The notes beneath the pieces are model-generated. The model did not search any database, had not been told where the DNA came from, and saw nothing but the letters and a program-made list of their open reading frames with translations. Shown piece by piece: positions 1-10,464 of a stretch of DNA of 64,000 bases. This DNA comes from an uncultured Gammaproteobacteria bacterium. GTDB taxonomy: Bacteria; Pseudomonadota; Gammaproteobacteria; Poriferisulfidales; GCA-002705445. The stretch covers positions 5,876-69,875 of the forward strand of contig CAJYAP010000003.1 in NCBI GenBank assembly GCA_913065025.1, given 5' to 3'. The translations under genes were made by a program, and so were the position numbers. Within the stretch, counting starts at the first letter, position 1, and each line of letters opens with the position of its first letter.

Positions 1-781
1 TGTTAACTTCTTCTATAGAGGTATTCTTTTTTGTCCGAACAACAAGATCAACAACAGAAACATTAACTGTTGGTATTCTAACAGCGAGACCGTCAAGCTT
101 TCCTTCGAGCTCAGGAATTACTAAACCTACATTTTTAGCTGCCCCTGTTTTTGTAGGGATCATAGACATGGTTGCTGCTCTAGCTCTTCTGATATCTTTA
201 TGATTTGCGTCTGTTAGTCTTTGATCATTAGTGAATGAATGAATGGTTGTTATCAGACCATGCTCAATTCCAATATTATCATTTAAAACTTTTATTACAG
301 GAGCTATACAGTTTGTTGTACATGATGCATTAGAAATTATTGTGTGGTCTTTGGATAAAATATTTTCATTTACACCATATACAACAGTTGCATCAACATT
401 ATTTCCAGGTGCAGATATTATTACTCTTTTTGCACCATTTTTTAAATGAATTTCAGTACCTTCTTTAGAATTAAATTTGCCTGTACACTCGAATACAACA
501 TCAACATTATATTTTGCCCAATTTATTTTACTGGGATCTCTTTCAGATGTGATATTAATTTTATCATTATCAACATACATAAAATTATTATCAGCCGAAA
601 CTTCTTTATTGAATTTGCCGTGCGCTGAGTCATATTTTGTTAAATGTGCACTTACCGAGTTATCTCCAACATCATTAATTGCAACAATTTTCAAGTTTTT
701 GTGATGCTCTGATTCGTAGAGTGCTCTAAGAATATTTCTACCAATCCTTCCGTAGCCATTTATTCCAATGTTTATTGCCAT
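1..781 (-). CDS. gap: glyceraldehyde-3-phosphate dehydrogenase (partial; C-terminus lies beyond the window edge)
   Basis: Reverse frame is open from nt 1 to an ATG at complement 779-781. Translation begins [21 protein letters not shown] (NAD-binding fold) and contains the catalytic signature [14 protein letters not shown] near nt 300-340. It is absent from the ORF track because it runs off the edge. Confidence 0.93.
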   Translation of the reverse strand, partial: MAINIGINGYGRIGRNILRALYESEHHKNLKIVAINDVGDNSVSAHLTKYDSAHGKFNKEVSADNNFMYVDNDKINITSERDPSKINWAKYNVDVVFECTGKFNSKEGTEIHLKNGAKRVIISAPGNNVDATVVYGVNENILSKDHTIISNASCTTNCIAPVIKVLNDNIGIEHGLITTIHSFTNDQRLTDANHKDIRRARAATMSMIPTKTGAAKNVGLVIPELEGKLDGLAVRIPTVNVSVVDLVVRTKKNTSIEEVN

Positions 782-783
782 AT

Positions 784-2799
784 TTATTTCCTTTTTAGTA
801 TTATTTCTGCATGATCAATAATATTTTGCGAAGTAAAGCCAAAATATTTTAATAGTTCTCCGCCTGGAGCAGATTCACCAAAGGAATTAATTCCAATGGT
901 TTTTCCCTTCAAGCCAACATACTTATACCAACAAGAAGTTGACCCTGCTTCAATAGAAATTCTATTACTAACTTTAGAAGGTAGAATTTCTTCTTTGTAT
1001 TCATCACTTTGATTGTCAAAAATTTCATTTGATAGCATTGATATTACTCTTGTACCAATACCTTTTTCTTCTAATTCTTTTGCAGCTTTTATAGCGATTT
1101 CTACCTCACTGCCAGTTGCAATCAATATTATATCTAATTTATCTGAATCTTTTAATATATATGCACCTTTGTTTATTAAAGCTATTTGCTCGTTTGTTCT
1201 TTTTTGGAACTCACAATTTTGTCTTGATAATATTAAGCATGTTGGGCCATTATTATTTTCTAACGCATATTTCCATGCAAAAGCTGTTTCTAAAGTGTCG
1301 CAAGGTCTAATAACAGTGTTATTAGGAATATCTCTCAAGCTATTAGTTTGCTCTATAGCTTGATGTGTTGGGCCATCTTCTCCAAGACCAATTGAATCGT
1401 GAGTAAATATAAAAACATTTTTTAATCCCATTATCGCACTCATTCTTATTGCGTTTTTTGAATAATCAGAAAAAGTAAGGAAAGTTCCGCCGTAAGGAAT
1501 AAAGCCTTTATGGGAGCTTGCCCCATTCATAATTGCCGACATTCCAAATTCGCGAACGCCATAATTTATATAATTACCATCCGTGAATTCTTTAATTTCT
1601 TTTGAACCTGACCATAGAGTTAGGTTTGAAGCTCCAAGATCTGCGGATCCACCAAGCATTTCAGGTAACACTTTCGCATATGCTTCAATACAATTTTGTG
1701 ATGCTTTTCTTGTAGCAATAGTTTCTTGTTTATCATTGCACAATTTAATATAAGCATTTGATTTTTCTAACCATTCCTCTGGAAGTTCTGAAGAAATTCT
1801 TCTTTGAAGTTCTTGTGCCTCTTTAGGATACTTATTTCTATAAAGATCAAAATCACCAATCCATTTGCTCTCTAATTCCAAACCTATTTTTGTATTATCC
1901 CAATAATCATATATGTTTTGAGGTATTTCAAACGGCTCATAATCCCAGCCAATATTTTTCTTGGTTAGGATAGTCTCGTCATTTCCAAAAGGTGCTCCAT
2001 GAGAACTTTCTTTTCCTTCTTTATTTGGAGAACCAAAACCAATCTTAGTTTTACAGCAAATTAAAGTAGGCTTGTTTTTTGACTTTAATGCGTTTTCTAT
2101 AGCATCGCCAAGTTCTTTATAAGAGTGGCCATCTACATTTTTTATTACATTCCATTTATAAGATTCAAACCTCTTCGCTGTGTCATCTGTAAACCAACCC
2201 TCAACATCACCATCTATCGATATACCATTGTCATCATAGAAAACAATCAATTTATTCAGTTGTAGAGTCCCTGCTAAGGAGCAAACCTCATGTGAAATTC
2301 CTTCCATTAAGCAGCCATCTCCTGTGAAAACATATGTATTATGGTCTATTATCTTCGAATCTGGTTTATTATATTTAGATGCAAGTGTTTTTTCTGCTAT
2401 TGCCATTCCTACAGCATTAGCCAAGCCTTGACCTAATGGGCCAGTTGTAGTTTCTACTCCGTCTGTTAGATGGGATTCAGGATGTCCAGGAGTTTTTGAG
2501 TGTAATTGTCTGAAATTTTTAATTTCATTTATGTTTAAATCATAACCAGTTAGGTGTAAAAGACTGTAATGCAGCATTGAACCATGCCCATTTGAAAGAA
2601 CAAATCTATCTCTATTTATCCATTCGGGATTTTTTGGATTATATTTAAGGTAATCATTCCAAAGAACTTGCGCTATATCCGACATGCCTAATGGCATGCC
2701 AGGATGGCCAGATTTTGCTTTATCTATAGCATCCATTGACAATGCTCTTATAGCATTTGCCATATCTTTTCTAATATTATTATTTATTTTTTCTGCCAA
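784..2799 (-). CDS. tkt: transketolase
   Basis: 671 aa with N-terminal [28 protein letters not shown] and the TPP motif [12 protein letters not shown]. Its stop lies 2 nt from the gap start, forming a tkt-gap operon. An alternative start at M13 (nt 2763) would remove the 20-nt overlap with plsY. Confidence 0.95.
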   Translation of the reverse strand: MAEKINNNIRKDMANAIRALSMDAIDKAKSGHPGMPLGMSDIAQVLWNDYLKYNPKNPEWINRDRFVLSNGHGSMLHYSLLHLTGYDLNINEIKNFRQLHSKTPGHPESHLTDGVETTTGPLGQGLANAVGMAIAEKTLASKYNKPDSKIIDHNTYVFTGDGCLMEGISHEVCSLAGTLQLNKLIVFYDDNGISIDGDVEGWFTDDTAKRFESYKWNVIKNVDGHSYKELGDAIENALKSKNKPTLICCKTKIGFGSPNKEGKESSHGAPFGNDETILTKKNIGWDYEPFEIPQNIYDYWDNTKIGLELESKWIGDFDLYRNKYPKEAQELQRRISSELPEEWLEKSNAYIKLCNDKQETIATRKASQNCIEAYAKVLPEMLGGSADLGASNLTLWSGSKEIKEFTDGNYINYGVREFGMSAIMNGASSHKGFIPYGGTFLTFSDYSKNAIRMSAIMGLKNVFIFTHDSIGLGEDGPTHQAIEQTNSLRDIPNNTVIRPCDTLETAFAWKYALENNNGPTCLILSRQNCEFQKRTNEQIALINKGAYILKDSDKLDIILIATGSEVEIAIKAAKELEEKGIGTRVISMLSNEIFDNQSDEYKEEILPSKVSNRISIEAGSTSCWYKYVGLKGKTIGINSFGESAPGGELLKYFGFTSQNIIDHAEIILKRK

Positions 2800-3388
2800 T
2801 CTTTGTTTCTTTGTTATTTATAAGGTTCTTAATATTGGTTTTATGTTTATATATTACTACAATTGATAAAACTAAATATAATGATGTAATTGCTAAACTT
2901 TCGTAGCTCAACCATGTATATAATGGTAAAAAAGTAAATGAGACTATAGCAGATAAAGCTGAGTACCTAAATAGAAATGCTGTTATTAACCATGTTAAAA
3001 GACAAATTAATCCTAGTGCAAAATCAAAACCTAAAATAACCCCTAAAGCAGTAGCAACACCTTTTCCGCCCTTGAAATTATAAAAGATGGGGAAGATATG
3101 GCCAATCACAGCAAATATCCCTATAATTTGAACGAATAATTTATTTTCAAAGTAATAATAAGATAATAAAACTGGCAAAATTCCTTTCGATATATCAAAC
3201 ATAAGCGTTGCGAAGGCTAGTAGCTTATTGCCAGATCTTAAAATGTTCGTTGCCCCAGGATTTTTTGAACCATAATCTCTAGGGTCCTGCATTTTAAAAA
3301 TTTTAGAAAATATTATTGAGCTATTAATTGATCCAATAGCGTAGCTAACACCTATTAAAAATATAAAAGAAATGAAAAAATTATCCAA
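2780..3388 (-). CDS. plsY: glycerol-3-phosphate acyltransferase PlsY
   Basis: 202-aa polytopic membrane protein carrying the PlsY motif [14 protein letters not shown]. Confidence 0.9.
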   Translation of the reverse strand: MDNFFISFIFLIGVSYAIGSINSSIIFSKIFKMQDPRDYGSKNPGATNILRSGNKLLAFATLMFDISKGILPVLLSYYYFENKLFVQIIGIFAVIGHIFPIFYNFKGGKGVATALGVILGFDFALGLICLLTWLITAFLFRYSALSAIVSFTFLPLYTWLSYESLAITSLYLVLSIVVIYKHKTNIKNLINNKETKIGRKNK

Positions 3389-3424
3389 CTTGCCCTCAAA
3401 AATTTATAATGGTTATAATTTAAT

Positions 3425-4177
3425 ATGACTGATTATAAAGATAAAATTGGAGAAAAATATAAAAAAATACTATTCATACATGGCTGGGGTTTTAACGGCA
3501 AAATATGGGAAGATTTTGTAAAAATCTTTATGAGTAAAGAAAACTGTGTTTTTTTAAATTTATATGAATGTATAGAAAATGCCAATGGTGATTTTAAGAT
3601 GGCTGCGAAAAATTTGCTAGATGAACATAAAGATGTTGATTTAATTATCTCTTGGTCTTTGGGTTGCTATTTGGCAAAAGAATTTGAGTTATTAACTAAA
3701 ATAAATTCGATTAAAATGGTTTATGTGTCATATTCTCCAAGATTCATGAAATCAAGATTATGGGATTTCGGTTTTGAACAAAATACTATTGATAAACTTA
3801 GGGATAATTTAAGTACAGATTTAATTAAAACTTTAAAAAACTTTTATTTATTAATATTGGGGAATTATAAAAATAAAAAAGAAATATATAAAAGAATTAT
3901 TGCTAATATAAATTTAATGGCTCAAGTTGATTTTAATAATTTGAGTACTGGTCTCAAAATAATTCAAGATTCTGATTATAGGAATTTTTGTAAACATAAG
4001 GATGTGCGTAATTTATATATATATGGAGATAATGATGATATATGCCCACCTGAGATGAGAAAATTTATTGAAGTTTTAGAACCTATTTCTGTTATAAAGG
4101 TTATATCAGAATCTTCTCACATACCTTTTTTAACAAATCCAGAAGATTTTTTTAAAATTTTAAAAGAATACATATGA
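3425..4177 (+). CDS. bioH: pimeloyl-ACP methyl ester carboxylesterase (BioH-like alpha/beta hydrolase)
   Basis: 250 aa with HGWGFNGKIW near the N-terminus, a nucleophile elbow SWSLG and a C-terminal SSHIPF histidine. It overlaps bioC by 4 nt. Confidence 0.75.
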   Translation: MTDYKDKIGEKYKKILFIHGWGFNGKIWEDFVKIFMSKENCVFLNLYECIENANGDFKMAAKNLLDEHKDVDLIISWSLGCYLAKEFELLTKINSIKMVYVSYSPRFMKSRLWDFGFEQNTIDKLRDNLSTDLIKTLKNFYLLILGNYKNKKEIYKRIIANINLMAQVDFNNLSTGLKIIQDSDYRNFCKHKDVRNLYIYGDNDDICPPEMRKFIEVLEPISVIKVISESSHIPFLTNPEDFFKILKEYI

Positions 4178-4968
4178 GTAAAGAAATAATAAAACTTTTT
4201 TCGGAAAAATATATAGATTCAGCTATAGTCCAGAAAGAAATAATAGATAGATTAATGGAAAGACTTTCTTTTATTAATTTATCCCCAAGAAAAGTCGTTG
4301 ATATAGGTTCAGGGGTAGGTTTAAGTACCAAAAGTTTATTAGAGATGCATTCAAATTCTGAGTTTTACATGATTGATCATTCGCATGTTTCATTAAGCTC
4401 AAATATACTAAAAAATAAAAATGTATCTCCTGTATGCGCAAGTTTTAAGGATATACCATTTGAGGATAATACATTTGATTTTGTATTTTCTTCCTCAGCA
4501 CTTCATTGGGAATTAGATATCCAATCTTCGTTTAAAGAGATATACCGCATTTTAAAACCAGGAGGGTTATTCTTATTTTCAACATATGGTCCCGACACCT
4601 TGATAGAATTGAGGTCGTCATGGTCACATGTCGATGATAAAAAACATGTAAACGACTTTTATGATATGCATGATATAGGTGATTTAATGCTGAGTTTAAA
4701 TTTTATGGATTCTGTATTAGATGCTGAAAAAATTATTATCCAGTATGGAAGTGTTATGCAACTCCAAAAAGATCTAAAAAATATTGGTTCAAAGGTTCTC
4801 CGTAGCAAAGGCGGAAAAGAGCCATTATTAGGAAATCATAAAATGAAAGAAATGTATCAAGAATATGAAAAATTTAGATCAAAATCAGGAGATTTACCTG
4901 CTACATATGAAGTAATTTATGGCTCTGCATGGAAAAAAATGGACAATATAATTCAGTACAGCAAATAA
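4174..4968 (+). CDS. bioC: malonyl-ACP O-methyltransferase (class I SAM methyltransferase)
   Basis: 264 aa with the SAM-binding motif VVDIGSGVGLST and ILKPGGLFLFST. It is translationally coupled to bioH. Confidence 0.75.
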   Translation: MSKEIIKLFSEKYIDSAIVQKEIIDRLMERLSFINLSPRKVVDIGSGVGLSTKSLLEMHSNSEFYMIDHSHVSLSSNILKNKNVSPVCASFKDIPFEDNTFDFVFSSSALHWELDIQSSFKEIYRILKPGGLFLFSTYGPDTLIELRSSWSHVDDKKHVNDFYDMHDIGDLMLSLNFMDSVLDAEKIIIQYGSVMQLQKDLKNIGSKVLRSKGGKEPLLGNHKMKEMYQEYEKFRSKSGDLPATYEVIYGSAWKKMDNIIQYSK

Positions 4969-5063
4969 CCTCATAAATAAGGTAATTTTTTGTTTTGTAC
5001 ACTATATTATTAAAGTCTAATTTAGTATACTGTTGCCATTAAATATAATGGTTAATTTGCAAT

Positions 5064-5528
5064 ATGATTGAGTATAAAGAAGGAGAGTTTAAAGAGTTTA
5101 TTATTAAACCTAACAGCTCATTATCTTGGAAGGGAAATAAGATATTCTTTTTTATGCTTTTTTTCGTTTCTTTCGTTATAGCTTTTTCATTTGCGATGGC
5201 CGGAATGTGGTTAATAGTCCCATTTACTGGGCTAGAAATGATTTTATTAGGATCTGCGCTTACATACTGCTATATAAAAAATTCTCAATGTGAAATTGTT
5301 AAAATAGATGAGAATAAAGTTTCTGTAGCATTGATCAGGATGAGGACTAAAAAGGTTTTTGATTGTAATAAGTACTGGGCTAAATTTATTTTAAATAAAC
5401 CTAAATTGAGTGGATACCCTCATAAATTAGTGCTTAGATCAGCAGGAAGAGAGATGGAGATTGGGGCATTGCTAACAGATGAAGAAAGAATAAAGTTAGC
5501 TAGAATGCTGAAAAAAAATGTAGAGTAG
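5064..5528 (+). CDS. DUF2244-like integral membrane protein associated with cytochrome oxidase clusters
   Basis: 154 aa with two adjacent N-terminal TM helices. It sits immediately upstream of coxB, the usual position of this family. The family assignment is from memory and was not searched. Confidence 0.55.
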   Translation: MIEYKEGEFKEFIIKPNSSLSWKGNKIFFFMLFFVSFVIAFSFAMAGMWLIVPFTGLEMILLGSALTYCYIKNSQCEIVKIDENKVSVALIRMRTKKVFDCNKYWAKFILNKPKLSGYPHKLVLRSAGREMEIGALLTDEERIKLARMLKKNVE

Positions 5529-5553
5529 AAATATACAAGGAGCATACAAGATA

Positions 5554-6360
5554 ATGTTTTTAATTAAAAATTTGTTTTTATTCATATCACTAATGACAAC
5601 TTTTAGTTTGGCAAACGCAGGCTGGTTAGATTTAAATATGACTGAAGGAGTTACAGATATAAGCCAGGAAGTCTTTGGGTTGCATATGTTAATATTATGG
5701 ATATGTGTAGTTATTGGAGTTATAGTTTTCGGCGCGATGTTTTGGTCAATACTGATGCATAGAAAGTCTAAAGGTGTTACTCCTGCAACTTTTCACGAAA
5801 GTACTAGTCTAGAATTTTTATGGACTATTGTTCCTTTTGTAATATTAATAGGTATGGCGGTTCCTGCCACGAAAACATTAATAAAAATGTATGATCATAG
5901 TGATTCAGAAATACATATTAAAATTACTGGTTATCAATGGTTATGGCAATACGAATATTTAAATACTGATGTTTCTTTTTATAGTAAATTATCAACCCCA
6001 TATAACGAAATTTATAATAAGGAAACTAAAAATGTAAATTATTTACAAGAAGTTGATAAACAACTTATTGTTCCAATTAACAAAAAAATTAGATTTCTTT
6101 TAACATCTAATGATGTTCTGCATGCTTGGTGGGTACCAGATTTGGCACTAAAAAAAGATGCAATTCCTGGATATATAAATGAAATGTCTGTTGTGATAAA
6201 TGAACCTGGAATTTATAGAGGGAGATGTGCTGAGTTATGTGGAAGACATCATGGTTTTATGCCAATTGTTATAAAAGCAGTTGAAGAAAAAGAATATGAA
6301 GAGTGGTTAGCGAATGCTAATAAAGTCAAATCATCTGACGTAGCAAAAATTAATAAATAA
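5554..6360 (+). CDS. coxB: cytochrome c oxidase subunit II (aa3-type)
   Basis: 268 aa with a signal/TM N-terminus and the CuA centre motif HAWWVP ... CAELCGRHHGFM. Confidence 0.95.
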   Translation: MFLIKNLFLFISLMTTFSLANAGWLDLNMTEGVTDISQEVFGLHMLILWICVVIGVIVFGAMFWSILMHRKSKGVTPATFHESTSLEFLWTIVPFVILIGMAVPATKTLIKMYDHSDSEIHIKITGYQWLWQYEYLNTDVSFYSKLSTPYNEIYNKETKNVNYLQEVDKQLIVPINKKIRFLLTSNDVLHAWWVPDLALKKDAIPGYINEMSVVINEPGIYRGRCAELCGRHHGFMPIVIKAVEEKEYEEWLANANKVKSSDVAKINK

Positions 6361-6372
6361 GGGAGAAATATT

Positions 6373-7944
6373 ATGAGTTCGGTTGTTAAAGATACACATC
6401 ATGATGAACACCCATCAGGAATTATGAGATGGATAACTACAACAAATCATAAGGATATAGGGACCTTATATCTTTGGTTTGCAATGATAATGTTTTTTAT
6501 TGGCGGTCTAATGGCTTTAGTTATACGATCAGAACTTTTTCAACCAGGGTTGCAGTTTGTTGACCCTCAGTTTTTTAACTCAATGACTACAATGCATGCA
6601 CTTGTAATGATTTTTGGTGTAGTAATGCCTGCATTTACTGGTTTGGCTAATTGGATGATTCCTATAATGGTTGGTGGACCAGATATGGCATTACCAAGAA
6701 TGAATAATTGGAGTTTTTGGATAATGCCTTTTGCATTTTCTATGCTTCTATCAACCTTATGGATGGATGGAGGTGCGCCGGCCGGAGGTTGGACATTATA
6801 CCCTCCTCTTAGTCTTCAAACAGGAGATGCATTTCCATTTTTAATATTTGCTATACATTTTATGGGTTTATCTTCAATAATGGGGGCAATAAATATTGTA
6901 GCAACAATTCTCAACATGAGAGCACCAGGCATGACATTAATGAAAATGCCATTATTTGTTTGGACTTGGTTAATTACAGCATTCTTATTAATTGCAGTGA
7001 TGCCTGTTTTAGCTGGTGGTGTAACCATGTTATTGACAGATAAATATTTTGGAACTAGTTTCTTTAATGCAGCAGGTGGTGGAGATCCAGTTATGTTCCA
7101 GCATATTTTCTGGTTCTTTGGACATCCAGAAGTATATATATTAATTCTCCCATCATTTGGTGTCGTTTCAGCAATTATCCCTACTTTTGCAAGAAAACCT
7201 TTATTTGGGTATGCCTCTATGGTTTATGCAACTGCTTCGATAGCTTTCTTATCATTTATAGTTTGGGCGCATCATATGTTTACAGTTGGTATGCCGTTAG
7301 CAGGAGAAGTATTTTTTATGTTTGCAACAATGTTGATTGCTGTACCCACAGGAGTAAAAGTATTTAATTGGGTAACAACAATGTGGAAAGGCGCAATGAC
7401 TTTTGAGACCCCAATGTTATTTGCTATTGGCTTTATAGTAATGTTTACTATTGGAGGATTTTCAGGATTAATGTTGGCCATAACACCAGCAGATTTTCAA
7501 TATCATGATACTTATTTTGTCGTCGCACATTTTCATTATGTATTAGTTCCAGGTTCCATATTTGCAATTATGGCAGCATGCTATTTCTGGCTTCCAAAAT
7601 GGACAGGAAATATGTACCCAGAAACTTTAGGAAAAGTACATTTTTGGCTTTCAACATTCTTTGTAAACTTAACGTTTTTCCCAATGCATTTTGTAGGTTT
7701 AGCAGGTATGCCAAGAAGAATTCCAGATTATTCTCTTCAGTTTGCCGATTATAATATGATTGCAAGTATTGGTGCATTTGGTTTCGGTTTTGCACAAATA
7801 ATATTTTTATACATAATAATTAAAACAATAAAAGGTGGAAGCAAGGCAACAGATCAGGTTTGGGAAGGAGCGGAAGGATTAGAGTGGACGTTACCATCGC
7901 CTCCACCTTATCATTCATTTAGTACACCGCCGGTAATAAAATAG
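6373..7944 (+). CDS. coxA: cytochrome c oxidase subunit I
   Basis: 523 aa, 12-TM heme-copper oxidase with WFFGHPEVYILILP and HHMFTVG motifs. Confidence 0.97.
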   Translation: MSSVVKDTHHDEHPSGIMRWITTTNHKDIGTLYLWFAMIMFFIGGLMALVIRSELFQPGLQFVDPQFFNSMTTMHALVMIFGVVMPAFTGLANWMIPIMVGGPDMALPRMNNWSFWIMPFAFSMLLSTLWMDGGAPAGGWTLYPPLSLQTGDAFPFLIFAIHFMGLSSIMGAINIVATILNMRAPGMTLMKMPLFVWTWLITAFLLIAVMPVLAGGVTMLLTDKYFGTSFFNAAGGGDPVMFQHIFWFFGHPEVYILILPSFGVVSAIIPTFARKPLFGYASMVYATASIAFLSFIVWAHHMFTVGMPLAGEVFFMFATMLIAVPTGVKVFNWVTTMWKGAMTFETPMLFAIGFIVMFTIGGFSGLMLAITPADFQYHDTYFVVAHFHYVLVPGSIFAIMAACYFWLPKWTGNMYPETLGKVHFWLSTFFVNLTFFPMHFVGLAGMPRRIPDYSLQFADYNMIASIGAFGFGFAQIIFLYIIIKTIKGGSKATDQVWEGAEGLEWTLPSPPPYHSFSTPPVIK

Positions 7945-7965
7945 TAATTCATATTAGGAGTATTT

Positions 7966-8064
7966 TTGGAGATAAAGCGAAAAGTTAAAGTAACAACAGT
8001 CATACTATTTGTTGTAGCAGCAACAATATATATTGGCTTCTATTTTATAATGTCTAGTAGGTAG
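7966..8064 (+). CDS. small single-TM membrane protein (32 aa, TTG start), not in the ORF track
   Basis: AGGAG at 7956-7960 lies 5 nt before TTG 7966. The product is (M)EIKRKVKVTTVILFVVAATIYIGFYFIMSSR, with a basic N-terminus followed by about 20 hydrophobic residues. It fills the gap between coxA and ctaG. Confidence 0.4.
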   Translation: MEIKRKVKVTTVILFVVAATIYIGFYFIMSSR

Positions 8065-8072
8065 GAAAAAAT

Positions 8073-8615
8073 ATGAAGGAAAAAAAGTTAAATATTAAAA
8101 CAGCAAAAAAATTAATTTTTATTTGTTTTTCTATGTTTTTGTTTTCTTTTGCCTTGATACCTTTGTATAACGTGATATGTGATGTTACAGGCTTAAATGG
8201 CAATACTTCGAACCTAAAAGAAAAAGTTGAAGCTTACAAGGAAAATGTTAGTTCAGAAAAATTGAATATACAGTTTATCTCTCACCAATCAAATGATAAT
8301 AAACTTTTATTTAAACCATCAGAGTTTGAGATGATAATTTCCCCAGGTAAGGTGTATAGTACTATGTATGTTGCTACAAATAAAACAAATACAACTATAG
8401 TAGGTCAAGCCGTACCAAGCGTATCTCCAAATGAAGCTTCAAAATACTTAAAAAAAATAGAATGCTTTTGTTTTGAAGAGCAAACTTTTAAGCCTGGAGA
8501 AGTAGTTAAATTACCATTATATTTTGCAATAGATGAAAAACTACCAAATAGAATAAAAACAGTAACACTGTCATACTCATTTTTTGAATTTGTAAATGTT
8601 TCTAAAAAAAATTAA
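8073..8615 (+). CDS. ctaG: cytochrome c oxidase assembly protein CtaG/Cox11
   Basis: 180 aa with an N-terminal TM anchor and the Cox11 copper motif KIECFCFEEQ. Confidence 0.92.
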   Translation: MKEKKLNIKTAKKLIFICFSMFLFSFALIPLYNVICDVTGLNGNTSNLKEKVEAYKENVSSEKLNIQFISHQSNDNKLLFKPSEFEMIISPGKVYSTMYVATNKTNTTIVGQAVPSVSPNEASKYLKKIECFCFEEQTFKPGEVVKLPLYFAIDEKLPNRIKTVTLSYSFFEFVNVSKKN

Positions 8616-8632
8616 ATTAAAGGGGAGATTGA

Positions 8633-9502
8633 ATGTCTGAATCAGGAAGTTATTATGTGCCGCACGGAAGCAAATGGCCAATCATAGCAACTATAGGTGT
8701 ATGTACCTCTATGGTTGGTGGTTCATCTTTATTAAATGGAAATGATATAGGAAAATATATTTTAGCAATAGGCATTGCTATGGTAATTTTTATGATCGTA
8801 GGATGGTTCAATACCGTAATATGTGAGAGTGAGCAGGGTATGTATGACGAACAAGTTGACTCTTCCTTTAGATGGGGAATGATATGGTTTATCTTCTCAG
8901 AAGTTATGTTTTTTGCAGCTTTTTTCGGCGCACTATTTTATGTTAGAACCTATTCCTTGCCATGGCTAGGAGGAGAAGGAGCAGGAATAGCAACAAACAC
9001 ATTTTTATGGCCAGAGTTTGAAAATGTATGGCCATTGACAGCTAATGGTCCAGGAGAAATAGGTGGAGCATTTAAAACTATGGGCGCTTGGGGGCTACCA
9101 GCCTTGAATACAGCTATTCTTTTAACCAGTGGTGTAACCTTAACCTGGGCTCACCATGCATTAAAAGAAATGAAGAGAATCCAATTGATAATAGGCTTAG
9201 CGTTAACTGTTGCACTAGGTGCAATATTTATGTATTTTCAGGCGCTTGAATATGGACATGCATTTAATGATTTAAATTTAAACATGGGGAGCGGTATATA
9301 TGGCTCCACTTTTTTCATGTTAACAGGGTTTCATGGCTTTCATGTAACAATAGGCACAATTATGTTACTTGTAGTACTCGGAAGGTCAATATATGGTCAC
9401 TTTAATCCAAAGAATCATTTTGCTTTTGAAGCAGTAGCTTGGTATTGGCATTTTGTTGATGTAGTTTGGTTAGGACTATTTATATTCGTATATTGGATAT
9501 AA
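8633..9502 (+). CDS. coxC: cytochrome c oxidase subunit III
   Basis: 289 aa, 7-TM protein with FHGFHVTIGT and AWYWHFVDVVWL motifs. Confidence 0.95.
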   Translation: MSESGSYYVPHGSKWPIIATIGVCTSMVGGSSLLNGNDIGKYILAIGIAMVIFMIVGWFNTVICESEQGMYDEQVDSSFRWGMIWFIFSEVMFFAAFFGALFYVRTYSLPWLGGEGAGIATNTFLWPEFENVWPLTANGPGEIGGAFKTMGAWGLPALNTAILLTSGVTLTWAHHALKEMKRIQLIIGLALTVALGAIFMYFQALEYGHAFNDLNLNMGSGIYGSTFFMLTGFHGFHVTIGTIMLLVVLGRSIYGHFNPKNHFAFEAVAWYWHFVDVVWLGLFIFVYWI

Positions 9503-9709
9503 TTATTTACCGACCCCGTGCGGTTGAATGTAACCATTCAAATACATGATAATTAGTATGATAAATAATAGTACTGATAGACCAACTCTAATTTTTAGAG
9601 CATTAACAACTCTTTTTTTGTTATCTTTGTCTTTTACTAAAAAAAATAATGAACTAAATAGACTTATAATAATTAGTAAAAACAAAAATATAAATATAAC
9701 TTTAAACAT
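9503..9709 (-). CDS. twin-transmembrane-helix small protein (DUF2909-like)
   Basis: 68 aa with two TM helices joined by a basic loop (KDKDNKKR). It lies on the opposite strand between coxC and surf1, as I recall for other gammaproteobacterial cox clusters. Confidence 0.55.
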   Translation of the reverse strand: MFKVIFIFLFLLIIISLFSSLFFLVKDKDNKKRVVNALKIRVGLSVLLFIILIIMYLNGYIQPHGVGK

Positions 9710-9720
9710 TTTTAATTTTT

Positions 9721-10464
9721 TTGTTTATGAAACCTAAGCTTATTTCTAGCATCATTTTTCTTATATGTATATCCTTATTTTTGTTTTTAGGATTTTGGCA
9801 GTTAGACAGAGCGACTGAAAAAGAAAATATTGTAAAGCTATATGAAGAAAGGCAGCTTATTAGGGCAGAAAAACTAAATAAATTCTCAGATACTAGTATC
9901 GAGAGTAAATATTATAAAAATTTTAAAATAAAAGGAACATATATTAATAAAACATTTCTTGTAGACAATAAAATTAAAAATAATAAACCAGGTTTTAATG
10001 TATTAAGTTTATTTAGATTATCTGCAAGTAATGAAATTATAGTCGTAGATAGAGGTTGGCTTGAAATGAAAGGTCAAAGGAAAAATATAGAAGAAAATTT
10101 TCAATTTTTAAATAATCAAGAAATAGAAAAAAGTGTACAAGAAATTGACGGGTATATTTATCCAAGGGACAAGAGTTATACTATTGGAGATATTTCTACA
10201 AATAAGAGTTGGCCAAGATTGATTCAGGCAGTAAATTTTGAAGAAATTAAAGATTCTATTAAACCAAGTGATTTATTAATCTCTGGTGTAGTATTTAGAT
10301 TAAATTCTAATAATTCATTTGGTTTTGATAGAAGTTGGGAAATCATTTCCATGGGAAGCAATAAACATCTTGGTTATGCATTCCAATGGTTTAGCATGGC
10401 GTTTGCGCTAATAATTTTAACTATATTATTTTTTGTGAGAAAAAGAGATGGGAAAAACGGTTGA
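9721..10464 (+). CDS. SURF1 family cytochrome oxidase biogenesis protein
   Basis: 247 aa with N- and C-terminal TM helices, GFWQLDRA near the N-terminus and HLGYAFQWF near the C-terminus. The track start is TTG 9721; an ATG lies at 9727. Confidence 0.88.
   Translation: MFMKPKLISSIIFLICISLFLFLGFWQLDRATEKENIVKLYEERQLIRAEKLNKFSDTSIESKYYKNFKIKGTYINKTFLVDNKIKNNKPGFNVLSLFRLSASNEIIVVDRGWLEMKGQRKNIEENFQFLNNQEIEKSVQEIDGYIYPRDKSYTIGDISTNKSWPRLIQAVNFEEIKDSIKPSDLLISGVVFRLNSNNSFGFDRSWEIISMGSNKHLGYAFQWFSMAFALIILTILFFVRKRDGKNG

Noticed and set aside
243-704. Three plus-strand ORFs (68, 60 and 75 aa) at the left edge
   Set aside because: They are antisense to a clear GAPDH gene (ASCTTNC signature) that the ORF track misses only because it runs off the window.
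9546-9737. 63-aa plus-strand ORF between coxC and surf1
   Set aside because: Its sequence is low-complexity and Asn/Ile/Lys rich. The opposite-strand 68-aa ORF gives a clean twin-TM protein that fits known cox-cluster context better.
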